64,000 nt of DNA from Minisyncoccota bacterium. GTDB taxonomy: Bacteria > Patescibacteriota > Minisyncoccia > Phycocordibacterales > VMEP01. A model generated the notes under the pieces. It searched no databases, had not been told where the DNA came from, and saw only the letters and a list, made by a program, of their open reading frames with translations. The stretch lies in the NCBI GenBank assembly GCA_041661305.1, contig JBAZUR010000001.1:234101-298100 (forward strand). The letters are read 5' to 3'. How positions within the stretch are numbered: position 1 is the stretch's first letter; every line of letters starts with the position of its first letter. Below are positions 37,113 to 45,589 of this stretch, in pieces. Position numbers and translations under genes: made by a program.

Positions 37113-37965
37113 TATTCCGTTTGTATTTTTTGGAACACCAGAATTTGCGGTGTCCATTTTAGAAGAACTCAAAAACGCCAAAATTGTGCCTTCTCTTATT
37201 GTCACGGCCCCCGACAAACCAAAAGGCCGTGGACTTATCCTCACCCCACCACCTGTAAAGATTTGGGCACAAGCGCACAACATCCCAGCTGTACAACCAG
37301 CAAAACTCGACAATGACTTTACTAATAAACTAAAAAATAGTTCCTACAATCTGTTCGTCGTTGCCGCTTATGGGAAAATAATTCCTAAAACAATTTTGGA
37401 TATTCCAACTAATGGAACACTCAACGTCCATCCATCACTCCTACCAAAATATAGAGGTGCCTCCCCTATTCAATCCCAAATACTTGCTGATGAAAAAGAA
37501 GTTGGGATCACAATCATGCTCATCGACGAAGAAATGGATCACGGCCCAATATTAGATATTAAAAAAATAGGAACTGAAGAAAGCACAACAGCTCCAGAAC
37601 TAGAAAATCTTTTAGCTCACGAGGGAGGGAAACTTCTTTCTGTTGTTATTCCAAAATGGATTGCAGGGGAAATAAAACCAAAGGAACAAAACCACAACGA
37701 AGCAACCTTCACAAAAAAAATAACAAAAGAAAATGGTTTAATTGTTTTGTCTGACGACCAACACAAAAATTATTTAAAATACAGAGCTTTAACACCGTGG
37801 CCGGGCGCTTATTTTTTTGCAACAAAAAATGGAAAAAAATTAAGGGTATCTATTAAAAAAGCTGAACTAATTGAAGGTAAACTAGTAGTAAAACAAGTTG
37901 TTCCAGAAGGTGGAAAAGTAATGAACTTTGATGATTTCTTGCGCGGAGACGTTGTGATAGAATAG
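37096..37965 (+). CDS. fmt: Methionyl-tRNA formyltransferase
   Basis: 289 aa. N-terminal formyltransferase domain (SLLPKYRGASPIQ) and C-terminal domain. Overlaps the def stop, as in def-fmt operons. Confidence 0.9.
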   Translation: MKTMNNIPFVFFGTPEFAVSILEELKNAKIVPSLIVTAPDKPKGRGLILTPPPVKIWAQAHNIPAVQPAKLDNDFTNKLKNSSYNLFVVAAYGKIIPKTILDIPTNGTLNVHPSLLPKYRGASPIQSQILADEKEVGITIMLIDEEMDHGPILDIKKIGTEESTTAPELENLLAHEGGKLLSVVIPKWIAGEIKPKEQNHNEATFTKKITKENGLIVLSDDQHKNYLKYRALTPWPGAYFFATKNGKKLRVSIKKAELIEGKLVVKQVVPEGGKVMNFDDFLRGDVVIE

Positions 37966-38012
37966 AAATTGGCAAGGCAGTTCCTATCAACAAAACAGCA
38001 GGAGATTAAAAA

Positions 38013-38603
38013 ATGAAAGCGACCGGAGCCGGGGTAAGACCGGGCCAAGGCAGTGCTCAAGCACCACTCGAGGTAGCGCCAACGCGGAAAGGACCGCGCC
38101 CGCCACAAATCGTTGTGGTCGCAAGAGTTCCAGGTGAGCTGAAGTCAGAAGGTGTCCGTATGGTTGGAGCCTACCAACCACTCCTTCTCGATAACGCAAA
38201 CCAAGAGCATGGTGGCGACGCATTTCGTCTTTTTTGTACAAGTGCTTCCTATAAGGTTGAGGACGAGGTCGAAATCTCGGGACAAGTCCGGATCCTCACC
38301 GCAAACGGAAGCAACGGCACCGCAGCTGAGATTATTGGGATCCAGATTTCTGGCTTCCTCAAGACGCTCGGCAAAGCAGTGGCCAAAATGCCGGGAAAGG
38401 AAACTGACCTAGCGACAAACGGCGAGCCACTACCTGTTCCCCGGGGGATTTTACCGGGAGAGTTGATTGCACTAATTCACGAAATGAACGCAGTCGTCGT
38501 CGGCAAAAAAGAATCCGAACTACTTTTGGCTCTTGCGAAAAGCGACCTGGGGAAAACCCGCCTGGACATACGGAAGGATGTCCTCGAATATCCCCCGCAA
38601 TAG
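38013..38603 (+). CDS. Hypothetical protein (196 aa) in a GC-rich island
   Basis: AGGAG Shine-Dalgarno 8 nt upstream. About 55% GC. Followed by terminator GAAGCCCGCGTTCACGCGGGCTTTTC at 38626-38652. No recognisable domain. Confidence 0.5.
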   Translation: MKATGAGVRPGQGSAQAPLEVAPTRKGPRPPQIVVVARVPGELKSEGVRMVGAYQPLLLDNANQEHGGDAFRLFCTSASYKVEDEVEISGQVRILTANGSNGTAAEIIGIQISGFLKTLGKAVAKMPGKETDLATNGEPLPVPRGILPGELIALIHEMNAVVVGKKESELLLALAKSDLGKTRLDIRKDVLEYPPQ

Positions 38604-38669
38604 CCGGTTCCCTTCAAGGAAACCAGAAGCCCGCGTTCACGCGGGCTTTTCTAATGGGTCAGATTTTTA

Positions 38670-39347
38670 TTATCGAATTTCTATCGACTGAATAATCACT
38701 GGCTCAACTGGTCTATCGCTCGTCTCGGTCTTAACGCTTTCAATCTTTAGAGCTACTTCAATTCCAGAAGTAACGTGACCAAAGACAGCATAGCTAGGTG
38801 GAAGTGGTGCCTCTGGTTGCGCCGTCACGATAAAAAACTGACTACCGTTTGTATTTGGGCCGGCATTGGCCATTGCAACAGTCCCTGTTGGATATTTTTC
38901 TTGACCAGTAAGTTCATCGTTGAATTTGTAACCAGGGCCACCGGTTCCCCATCTTTCTTTAATACTATCGTCTTTAGAAAACGGATCTCCAGTCTGAATC
39001 ATAAACCCTTTAATAACGCGATGAAACTTAATTCCATCATAGAATTTTTCTAGTGCCAATTTTGTAAAATTTGCCACCGTGTTTGGTGCTTGGTAATCAA
39101 ACTCAAATGCTATTGAACCGTAGTTCGTGTTAATTATTGCCTGTGTTGCCTTAGTATTGTCCATATTATTTTCCGTAGAATTATTGATAACCTGGTTTGT
39201 GGAGCCCGGCACGGGAATTTGTGTTTCTGTGGTGTTTGTTTTTTCGCTAGAAACAGTACTCTTTATCGATCCATAATAAACAGCTGTGCCAATGCCAGCT
39301 ATTAAAACAAGCAAACCACCCCAAACAGCAAGAGTCTCTTTATCCAT
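38670..39347 (-). CDS. ppiB: Peptidyl-prolyl cis-trans isomerase (cyclophilin type) with an N-terminal TM anchor
   Basis: FHRVIKGFMIQTGDP cyclophilin signature. Start chosen at the internal ATG to avoid overlap with hpf. Confidence 0.8.
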   Translation of the reverse strand: MDKETLAVWGGLLVLIAGIGTAVYYGSIKSTVSSEKTNTTETQIPVPGSTNQVINNSTENNMDNTKATQAIINTNYGSIAFEFDYQAPNTVANFTKLALEKFYDGIKFHRVIKGFMIQTGDPFSKDDSIKERWGTGGPGYKFNDELTGQEKYPTGTVAMANAGPNTNGSQFFIVTAQPEAPLPPSYAVFGHVTSGIEVALKIESVKTETSDRPVEPVIIQSIEIR

Positions 39348-39357
39348 ATTTAAATAA

Positions 39358-39756
39358 TTATTTTCTAAATCTTTTAATTTTCCCGAATTGCTCCCCAAAA
39401 CCACGCATCACGTCTTTCACTAACGCCTGCCCTCGACGAAGTAGCTTCCTTCTTCGGCTACGGTGTGAGTTCACTTCACTAATAATTTCGTCCTTCACCG
39501 CGTCGATTGCTGAATACAAATCAGACTCCTCAGCAACAGCGTAAAAATCCCCACCGGCAATATGCAAATTTATTTCCGCAAAGAAAATATCTCCTTGCTG
39601 ATGGTGTTTTGTTTTTACACCCACCTCAATAGACACCACGGCGCTTTCATCATTTTTATCAACAACTTTTTCTAAACTAGAAAGCTTCTTCTGCACATAC
39701 TCCGCGATGGCAGGAGTTAAGTCTGTGTTTGTAGCTTTAATTGTGTTTATTTTCAT
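39358..39756 (-). CDS. hpf: Ribosome hibernation promoting factor / RaiA family
   Basis: 132 aa. The beta-alpha-beta-beta-beta-alpha fold sequence pattern typical of YfiA/HPF. Confidence 0.8.
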   Translation of the reverse strand: MKINTIKATNTDLTPAIAEYVQKKLSSLEKVVDKNDESAVVSIEVGVKTKHHQQGDIFFAEINLHIAGGDFYAVAEESDLYSAIDAVKDEIISEVNSHRSRRRKLLRRGQALVKDVMRGFGEQFGKIKRFRK

Positions 39757-39814
39757 GTGATTAAAAATGATTAATTATTCACTTATTATAACAAAATAAC
39801 CCAACTACTAAAAA

Positions 39815-40036
39815 CTAGATATCAACCCTAAATATTTTACTGGGGCTTCTATGGCCTGAAACAAGGCGAACCTTGCCTTTAGCTACTTCAAAATGATACG
39901 CCACGAGCTCCAAAACTCGATTGTTGGCTAAATTGCGCTCAGCTGGTTCACGCACAGAAGCGTTGAAGTGGTCTTCGCTTTTTTTTACAAAAGATTCCTT
40001 TTTGGCACCTGGAATTACTTTGACTTTACAGTACAT
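39815..40036 (-). CDS. DUF167 (YggU-like) family protein
   Basis: 73 aa. MYCKVKVIPGAKKESF...KGKVRLVSGHRSPSK matches the UPF0235 pattern. Confidence 0.6.
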   Translation of the reverse strand: MYCKVKVIPGAKKESFVKKSEDHFNASVREPAERNLANNRVLELVAYHFEVAKGKVRLVSGHRSPSKIFRVDI

Positions 40037-40044
40037 TAATTAAA

Positions 40045-40470
40045 TTAAAGCACAGCTGAAATTTCCCTAAGAACGTCCTCAATCTCAGAATCGGACATAA
40101 CTGCTCTTTCGTTGCCATTGTGGTCTAGATCGCCAATTCTCACTTCTGGAATAACATGATTGTGAAGGTGTGGAATTGATTTAGATGTATTGTCTCCTTC
40201 CCTCTCTAAAACGGACATATTTTTATATCCAAGTTTTTTAAAAATCTTAAGCGCTTCTTCCTGTAAAAAATCCATATCTAAAATCTCCTTTTCAGAGAGA
40301 CCAAGAATTATTTCTTCGTGCCTAAATGGCACAACCAATAAATGGTGTTTATGATATGGCGCCAGCGCATAGGTTAAGTAAGCGGTTTCTGTTTTTAAAA
40401 TGTGACGCCCATTCCCGTTGTCGCAAAATGGACATTTGTCTAAATTCTGAAGAAAATCTTTGTATAACAT
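40045..40470 (-). CDS. HIT family (histidine triad) hydrolase
   Basis: 141 aa. CPFC zinc motif and HLHNHVIP histidine triad. Confidence 0.75.
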   Translation of the reverse strand: MLYKDFLQNLDKCPFCDNGNGRHILKTETAYLTYALAPYHKHHLLVVPFRHEEIILGLSEKEILDMDFLQEEALKIFKKLGYKNMSVLEREGDNTSKSIPHLHNHVIPEVRIGDLDHNGNERAVMSDSEIEDVLREISAVL

Positions 40471-40603
40471 GAAAAATAGTATACCTCACGAAAGATAATG
40501 AATAAACTTTTCATTTTTCTATTTTTTTGATAGCATACTAGCCACATTCCGGAGTAGTTGAAATGCGAATAAATAGAGCATTTCTACCACTCCGCATAAT
40601 ATA

Positions 40604-40675
40604 TTCCGGAGTAGCTCAGCGGTAGAGCGGTCGCCTGTTAAGCGATTGGTCACAGGTTCGAATCCTGTCTCCGGA
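40604..40675 (+). tRNA. tRNA-Asn (anticodon GUU)
   Basis: UCCGGAGUAGCUCAGCGGUAGAGCGGUCGCCUGUUAAGCGAUUGGUCACAGGUUCGAAUCCUGUCUCCGGAG has a 7-bp acceptor, D-arm GCUC/GAGC, anticodon loop CUGUUAA and T-loop UUCGAAU. CCA is not encoded. Confidence 0.85.
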
Positions 40676-40687
40676 GTTGCCAAAAGT

Positions 40688-40715
40688 AAGACGCCCCAAA
40701 AGGGCGTTTTTACTT
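40688..40715 (+). terminator. Rho-independent terminator after tRNA-Asn
   Basis: GACGCCCCAAAAGGGCGTTTTTACTTTTG. Confidence 0.6.
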
Positions 40716-40759
40716 TTGTTGCAACTCCGAGAGAGCAAGTGGCTTAAGCCACTTGCGTG

Positions 40760-40850
40760 CAGGATTCGAAAGCCGGAGCGCGACGGCGCGAGGCGGGGTC
40801 GCAGAATTTTTCAGCAGAAAAATATCTGTGACCGGACTGTCTCCGGAGCA
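40760..40850 (+). repeat. tRNA-Asn-proximal copy of the AGCA-loop repeat family
   Basis: GGATTCGAAAGCCGGAGCGCGACGGCGCGAGGCGGGGTCGCAG, then the hairpin AATTTTTC-AGCA-GAAAAAT, then ATCTGTGACCGGACTGTCTCCGGAG. The outer stem CCGGAG/CTCCGG reuses the tRNA-Asn acceptor sequence and ends with an exact 12-nt copy of the tRNA 3' end. Confidence 0.6.
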
Positions 40851-41109
40851 TTAAAAACAAAGCCGCCCTTCGTGGGCGTTTTTTGTTTTTAACTACTTGG
40901 TGCGGGATTCAAACCGAAGGCGCCTAAAAATAAGGAGTGGAACGACTATATTTTTAGTGCGTTTCGAGGCTTTGCGAGAGGCGAATCCCGTCTTATTTAT
41001 CCGTGGCCGAATCCAGTTCTCCGGAAATATTCTAAATCTTTGCTTTAGGTAGCCAACTTTTTTAACCTAAATATGGTCCCAAATTTTGGTATACTTCATA
41101 TAAGAATCT

Positions 41110-41610
41110 ATGAATAAATATTTAATAGCAGTCCTCAGTATTTTCCTTCTTGTTATAACAACTTGGTACTTTTTCGCATCACGTCCTTCGACCCCCTCTA
41201 TCTCGATAGAGTCTGGCAAATCCATTAAGCTATATTTTTATAACCCAACTCTAGACCAGGGTCCTGGTGGCGTACAATGCAGTAAAAACGGACTCGTAGC
41301 TGTTCAGCGGGTCATTCCGGAAACAACGACTCCCCTCGCGGACACAATAAAGCTTCTTCTCCGTGGTGAAATTTCCGATAAGGAGCGGGCATCGGGAATT
41401 GAAAGTGAGTTCCCGCTTCCAGATGTCACACTTAAAAGTGCAACTATTACCAATGGAGTTGCCACACTCGTATTCGACGACCCGCAAAACAAAACAGGCG
41501 GTGGTTCTTGTCGGGTTGCCATTTTGTGGGCACAAATTGAGGCAACGACAAAACAATTTCCAACAGTTAACAACGTTCGCTTCATACCCGAAGAATTGTT
41601 TCAACCATAA
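41110..41610 (+). CDS. GerMN domain-containing (sporulation/germination-like) secreted protein
   Basis: 166 aa. N-terminal signal/TM, then YFYNPTLDQGPGGVQCSKNGLVAVQRV...GGGSCRVAILWAQIEATTKQFPTVNNVRF, matching the GerMN domain pattern. Confidence 0.55.
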   Translation: MNKYLIAVLSIFLLVITTWYFFASRPSTPSISIESGKSIKLYFYNPTLDQGPGGVQCSKNGLVAVQRVIPETTTPLADTIKLLLRGEISDKERASGIESEFPLPDVTLKSATITNGVATLVFDDPQNKTGGGSCRVAILWAQIEATTKQFPTVNNVRFIPEELFQP

Positions 41611-41679
41611 AACTGTCTATCCTGTCTCAGCATCAACCCCTCTTAACTAATCGGAAGTAATTACGGTATTATTCTTATC

Positions 41680-41847
41680 ATGAATAAAATTAAAGTAATG
41701 TATTCTACTCTCGCAATATTATTTGGTGCATTTATGTTTGTTTTTGGCGAAATCGATGATAGCCCAGGCGCACAACTACTCGGGGTCATATTATTTGTAG
41801 CTGGTATCTTAATTGCCGTAAAAAATAGGAGAAAAAATTCTAACTAG
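41680..41847 (+). CDS. Small membrane protein (55 aa)
   Basis: MNKIKVMYSTLAILFGAFMFVFGEIDDSPGAQLLGVILFVAGILIAVKNRRKNSN has two hydrophobic helices. It is not in the supplied ORF track because it is under 60 aa. Confidence 0.3.
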   Translation: MNKIKVMYSTLAILFGAFMFVFGEIDDSPGAQLLGVILFVAGILIAVKNRRKNSN

Positions 41848-41984
41848 CCTACATAATACAAAATATAAATATCCCTTTATGGGGATTTTCATATTAATCG
41901 ACAATGGTTTTACTTCGTGATATAAAAACAACCAGTAAGCACTCTGTCCCAGCACATTCCACCACAAATTAGGAGGATCTCGCG

Positions 41985-42485
41985 ATGCGTTTTACACAAG
42001 GGTGTACGCGCTTGGTCATCCTCACGGAGACCATCGCGATCAAAATTGCTTTGCCATTTCGGCCATTTATTCCTTTTATAATCGTCATCCAGGCAATTTT
42101 AAGAGGTGACCTCAAGAGAAAACTGGAAAAACATAACGGAAACCTGCTTAAGGTACTGGTTCGCTGTATGACCATTGCTGGTATTGACGCAAATCGTCGT
42201 GAGATGCGGATTTCCACAATGTACCCAGAATACCCAATTGCTCGCGTACTTCGCTCTTATCTTTGGGGTTTTGTAATCGTTATGACCAAAGGAGAGCAGA
42301 TTGCGGAATCTCTTGAGCCTTGGGTTATCAACCAACTGTCGCTTCCCGACCATCTCCAGAAATCTGATCTGTTCAAGAATGACAACACTTGTTGTATCGA
42401 CGGGAGGTTCCACTTCGTTGATTACGGCGATCCATCCGCTGACGAAGTCCTACCTTTACTCTTCGGCACCCGGAGCACCAACTAG
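41985..42485 (+). CDS. Hypothetical protein (166 aa) in a GC-rich segment
   Basis: Higher-GC ORF followed by the hairpin AGCCATTTCGCGCAAGCAAGTGGCT plus a T8 run at about 42486-42520. No recognisable domain. Confidence 0.4.
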   Translation: MRFTQGCTRLVILTETIAIKIALPFRPFIPFIIVIQAILRGDLKRKLEKHNGNLLKVLVRCMTIAGIDANRREMRISTMYPEYPIARVLRSYLWGFVIVMTKGEQIAESLEPWVINQLSLPDHLQKSDLFKNDNTCCIDGRFHFVDYGDPSADEVLPLLFGTRSTN

Positions 42486-42567
42486 AGCCATTTCGCGCAA
42501 GCAAGTGGCTCTGTTTTTTTTCATTTTTATCCGCACTAAAACTGACTATGATATAGTTATCAAAATT

Positions 42568-43218
42568 ATGATTAAAAAACTAGAAAAAGACTTGAGTGTT
42601 AAACAACTGGAGGCAGAGATAGCCAGACTGAAAAATCTTGTCTATCGTGACGAGCTTACCGGAATGTTGAATAGACGTGGTTTCAACGAAGAAGCTGGTA
42701 AGGTTTTCAAATACATGTATTCAAAACATGGACTAAGTCTAAATCGACAAGGTGACACACTCCCCTTCAGTATTGTTTTTATAGACATAGATGATTTTAA
42801 GAAAGTAAACGATAAGTATGGGCACGATGAGGGAGACAAGGTTCTAAAACACACAGCAAAGATAATGGGTCGTGTTTTGAGAGAAAATGACATCTATGCA
42901 CGATGGGGTGGCGAAGAATTTGTTGTTGCATTACCTCAAGCAAACAAAAAAACAGCAGTTAAGGTTGCCGAAAAATTATGTAATGCGTTTGCAGATTCAA
43001 AAATAAAACTCGGCGGGAAGCCTGTACAAGTAACAATGAGTGTTGGCATTGTTATGCATAGCAACGAAATAAACCTTCACCAAATGATAGAGAAAGCAGA
43101 CCAGGCTATGTACAAAGCTAAAAAAAGAGGAAAAAATCAAGTTGTTACTTTCACCCACGGAGAGGAGGAAGGTAATTATTTCTTAAAATTATTACACCTA
43201 GTTAAGGGTCGAGGTTAA
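42568..43218 (+). CDS. Stand-alone GGDEF-domain diguanylate cyclase with an N-terminal coiled-coil
   Basis: Starts at the internal ATG (MIKKLEKDLSVKQLEAEIARLK...). Contains RDELTGMLNRRGF, DIDDFKKVNDKYGH, the intact GGEEF active-site motif, and KADQAMYKAKKRGKNQV. Confidence 0.8.
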   Translation: MIKKLEKDLSVKQLEAEIARLKNLVYRDELTGMLNRRGFNEEAGKVFKYMYSKHGLSLNRQGDTLPFSIVFIDIDDFKKVNDKYGHDEGDKVLKHTAKIMGRVLRENDIYARWGGEEFVVALPQANKKTAVKVAEKLCNAFADSKIKLGGKPVQVTMSVGIVMHSNEINLHQMIEKADQAMYKAKKRGKNQVVTFTHGEEEGNYFLKLLHLVKGRG

Positions 43219-43956
43219 ACCCTGTATCTCCCACTCACCAACCTTCGTTCTTTTAATTGAGTACGCCAAAGCTGGTACGCCCAATTTTTTACCTAAATCA
43301 TGGGCAAATTGCCTAACATAAAAACCAGAAGAAACTTTTAACTCCACTTCAAATAACTTAAAATCTATTTCTCCACTATTGAGTGACATCTCCCATCTTT
43401 CTTTAATTTCCTTTTGTCTAAAATCGCCTAGAACCAAATCAGCCAAAAAAAGAGCGTTTTCTAAAACATCTTTCCCTGTAATTTTCTTATGGGATATTAT
43501 TTCTGCACCACATAACGAAACTTCGTGCTCTGGGATTTCCACAATCTCTCCTTTTCTGCTTAGTTCGTGTAGCTGAACACCACCCACTGTCTTTGACGAA
43601 AACGCTGGATATTTCTGAGTAAACTTACCAACAAAATAACTCACTGACTCGGTAAATTTTTTCAGAGTAATTTCTTTTGCCCCAACTTCTGTGACCAAGC
43701 CGAGTAAATCGTGCGTATCGGTTGAAGCGCCACATAATATTTCTACTGTGTATGTTTTATCTAAACCTAGATATTTTTCTCTATTTTTATTTTCTTCGCC
43801 AATAAGCACCAACATCAATCCTTCTGCAAGCGGGTCAAGCCTTCCCGCATAAGAAAGAGTTTCGTTTGCAAGCTCTGACTTCTCTTCACGTAAACGACTT
43901 AAAGCTTGAAGAGGTGTCTCCCCTCTCTTTTTATAAATAGCCAGAACTGAATCCAT
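43198..43956 (-). CDS. truB: tRNA pseudouridine(55) synthase TruB
   Basis: 252 aa. GRLDPLAEGLMLVLIGE with the catalytic Asp, and the YTVEILCGASTDTHD motif. Confidence 0.85.
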   Translation of the reverse strand: MDSVLAIYKKRGETPLQALSRLREEKSELANETLSYAGRLDPLAEGLMLVLIGEENKNREKYLGLDKTYTVEILCGASTDTHDLLGLVTEVGAKEITLKKFTESVSYFVGKFTQKYPAFSSKTVGGVQLHELSRKGEIVEIPEHEVSLCGAEIISHKKITGKDVLENALFLADLVLGDFRQKEIKERWEMSLNSGEIDFKLFEVELKVSSGFYVRQFAHDLGKKLGVPALAYSIKRTKVGEWEIQGLTSTLN

Positions 43957-43960
43957 TTTT

Positions 43961-44371
43961 TTATTTGTGGCACTTTATACACTTACACCCTCTAGGTTTT
44001 ATGTATGCATCAAAATACTCAGTGTCATAATCATAGTTTAATTCTTCTCCAGCCTTAATATTCTTTTTAGCCAAAATATACGCACCACCTCTCCATATTT
44101 CTAATTCACAATTTGGACGACAAGAATGATTTATATAACGAGCTGTATTTGTTTTCGCGCTACCGTCAATAGTTATTTTAGAATTTATCTCAAGTAAATA
44201 TTTTCCCCGACTATAGATCTTTTCTCTTTCGGAAATCTCTCGGCCAACATATTGAATAATACACGCTCCTTTTTTTATCGGATCAAGAGTAAAAAGCCCA
44301 ATTCCCGTCTTTGAGCGCTTGGTTATGAGATTATATTCACCAGGTGTAAATTTTCCTTTTCTCACAGGCAT
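43961..44371 (-). CDS. SET-domain protein (putative protein lysine methyltransferase)
   Basis: 136 aa. NHSCRPNC, EELNYDY, and a post-SET Cys cluster CKCIKC. Confidence 0.7.
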   Translation of the reverse strand: MPVRKGKFTPGEYNLITKRSKTGIGLFTLDPIKKGACIIQYVGREISEREKIYSRGKYLLEINSKITIDGSAKTNTARYINHSCRPNCELEIWRGGAYILAKKNIKAGEELNYDYDTEYFDAYIKPRGCKCIKCHK

Positions 44372-44438
44372 ATGTATAACACGTAAATTACAATTTTCAA
44401 AAAAATTAATGGTTTTATAGTATAATTACAAAACAAAA

Positions 44439-44801
44439 ATGAATCATAAATTAGCAAAAAGTTTTACTTACGCAATAAACGGACTGAGAACCTGTTGGAA
44501 TGATGAGGCTAATTTTAAAATTGAAGTTTTCTTGGGGCTTCTTTCTATAATCACTGCGTTTTTTCTCCAAATTAAAACAATTGAGTTTGCGGTAGTTTTT
44601 ATTACTATCACCATAGTCTTAGCTGTCGAAATATTAAACACGGCTTTTGAGGAGCTCTGCGATAAATTGCGTCCAGAAAACGACCCTTATGTAGCGAAGA
44701 TAAAAGACCTCGCGGCAGCGGCGGTGCTCATTTCCTCAATGGGAGCTGTCGCAATTGGAATATTTATTTTTGGACCATACATTCTTGGCTTAAATCTTTA
44801 G
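44439..44801 (+). CDS. dgkA: Diacylglycerol kinase / undecaprenol kinase family (DgkA)
   Basis: 120 aa. Three TM helices, EELCDKL and NTAFEE motifs. Confidence 0.8.
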   Translation: MNHKLAKSFTYAINGLRTCWNDEANFKIEVFLGLLSIITAFFLQIKTIEFAVVFITITIVLAVEILNTAFEELCDKLRPENDPYVAKIKDLAAAAVLISSMGAVAIGIFIFGPYILGLNL

Positions 44802-44848
44802 TCCTAGCGGAGACCGTGCTGTTCTGATAGAAATACCAGTGAATATAC

Positions 44849-45589
44849 ATGATTACTAAAAAGTACTACAAAAAGAAGGCAAAAAAGCCACTCCCTAAGT
44901 CGGTAAAAAACCCCGACCTTATTCGTATTAATAAGTACATAAGAGACAAGGGGCTAGCCTCTCGAAAAGAAGCCGACAAGCTGATAGAAAAAGGTTTTGT
45001 CTTGGTCAATGGTAAACGAGCCGAAATGGGTATGCTAGTTGGAGCAAAAGACAAAGTAACCCTCAAGGAAAGCGGAGCGCAGAAAAAAACCTGCCTTGCC
45101 TATTACAAACCACGTGGACTGGCGACACAAACATCAACCGACGCCCCTTCGGTTATCGATGAGTGGCAAAAGAAAGGGCTATTTCCCGTCGGTCGCCTTG
45201 ATAAAGAATCAGAAGGCTTACTCCTCCTAACAGACGACGGGCGTATCACAACCTCAATTCTTGGAGCTGACTCAAAGCTAGACAAAGAATACACTGTTAA
45301 GGTTCGCGAAAAATTACGCCCGGGAATAATTGCTATTTTTGCAAAAGGAATGGAAACCAAAACATTTGGAAAACTCCTTCCCGCAAAAGCGAGAATCTTG
45401 GACGAACACGTTCTTTCAATCACAATCCACGAAGGAAAGCGTCACCAAATTAGAATCATGCTCGACGAGTTAAATTACACAGTCACATCCCTAAAGCGTA
45501 TTCGTATCGGTAAAATTTCTCTTGGAGCCTTGCGTCCCAACAACACTCGAGCATTGCGTGATTCTGAAATTGAAGAACTCCTAAAATAG
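44849..45589 (+). CDS. rRNA pseudouridine synthase (RsuA/RluB family) with an S4 domain
   Basis: 246 aa. S4 RNA-binding motif (RINKYIRDKGLASRKEADKLIEKGFVLVNGK) and catalytic VGRLDKESEGLLLLTDDG. Confidence 0.8.
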   Translation: MITKKYYKKKAKKPLPKSVKNPDLIRINKYIRDKGLASRKEADKLIEKGFVLVNGKRAEMGMLVGAKDKVTLKESGAQKKTCLAYYKPRGLATQTSTDAPSVIDEWQKKGLFPVGRLDKESEGLLLLTDDGRITTSILGADSKLDKEYTVKVREKLRPGIIAIFAKGMETKTFGKLLPAKARILDEHVLSITIHEGKRHQIRIMLDELNYTVTSLKRIRIGKISLGALRPNNTRALRDSEIEELLK

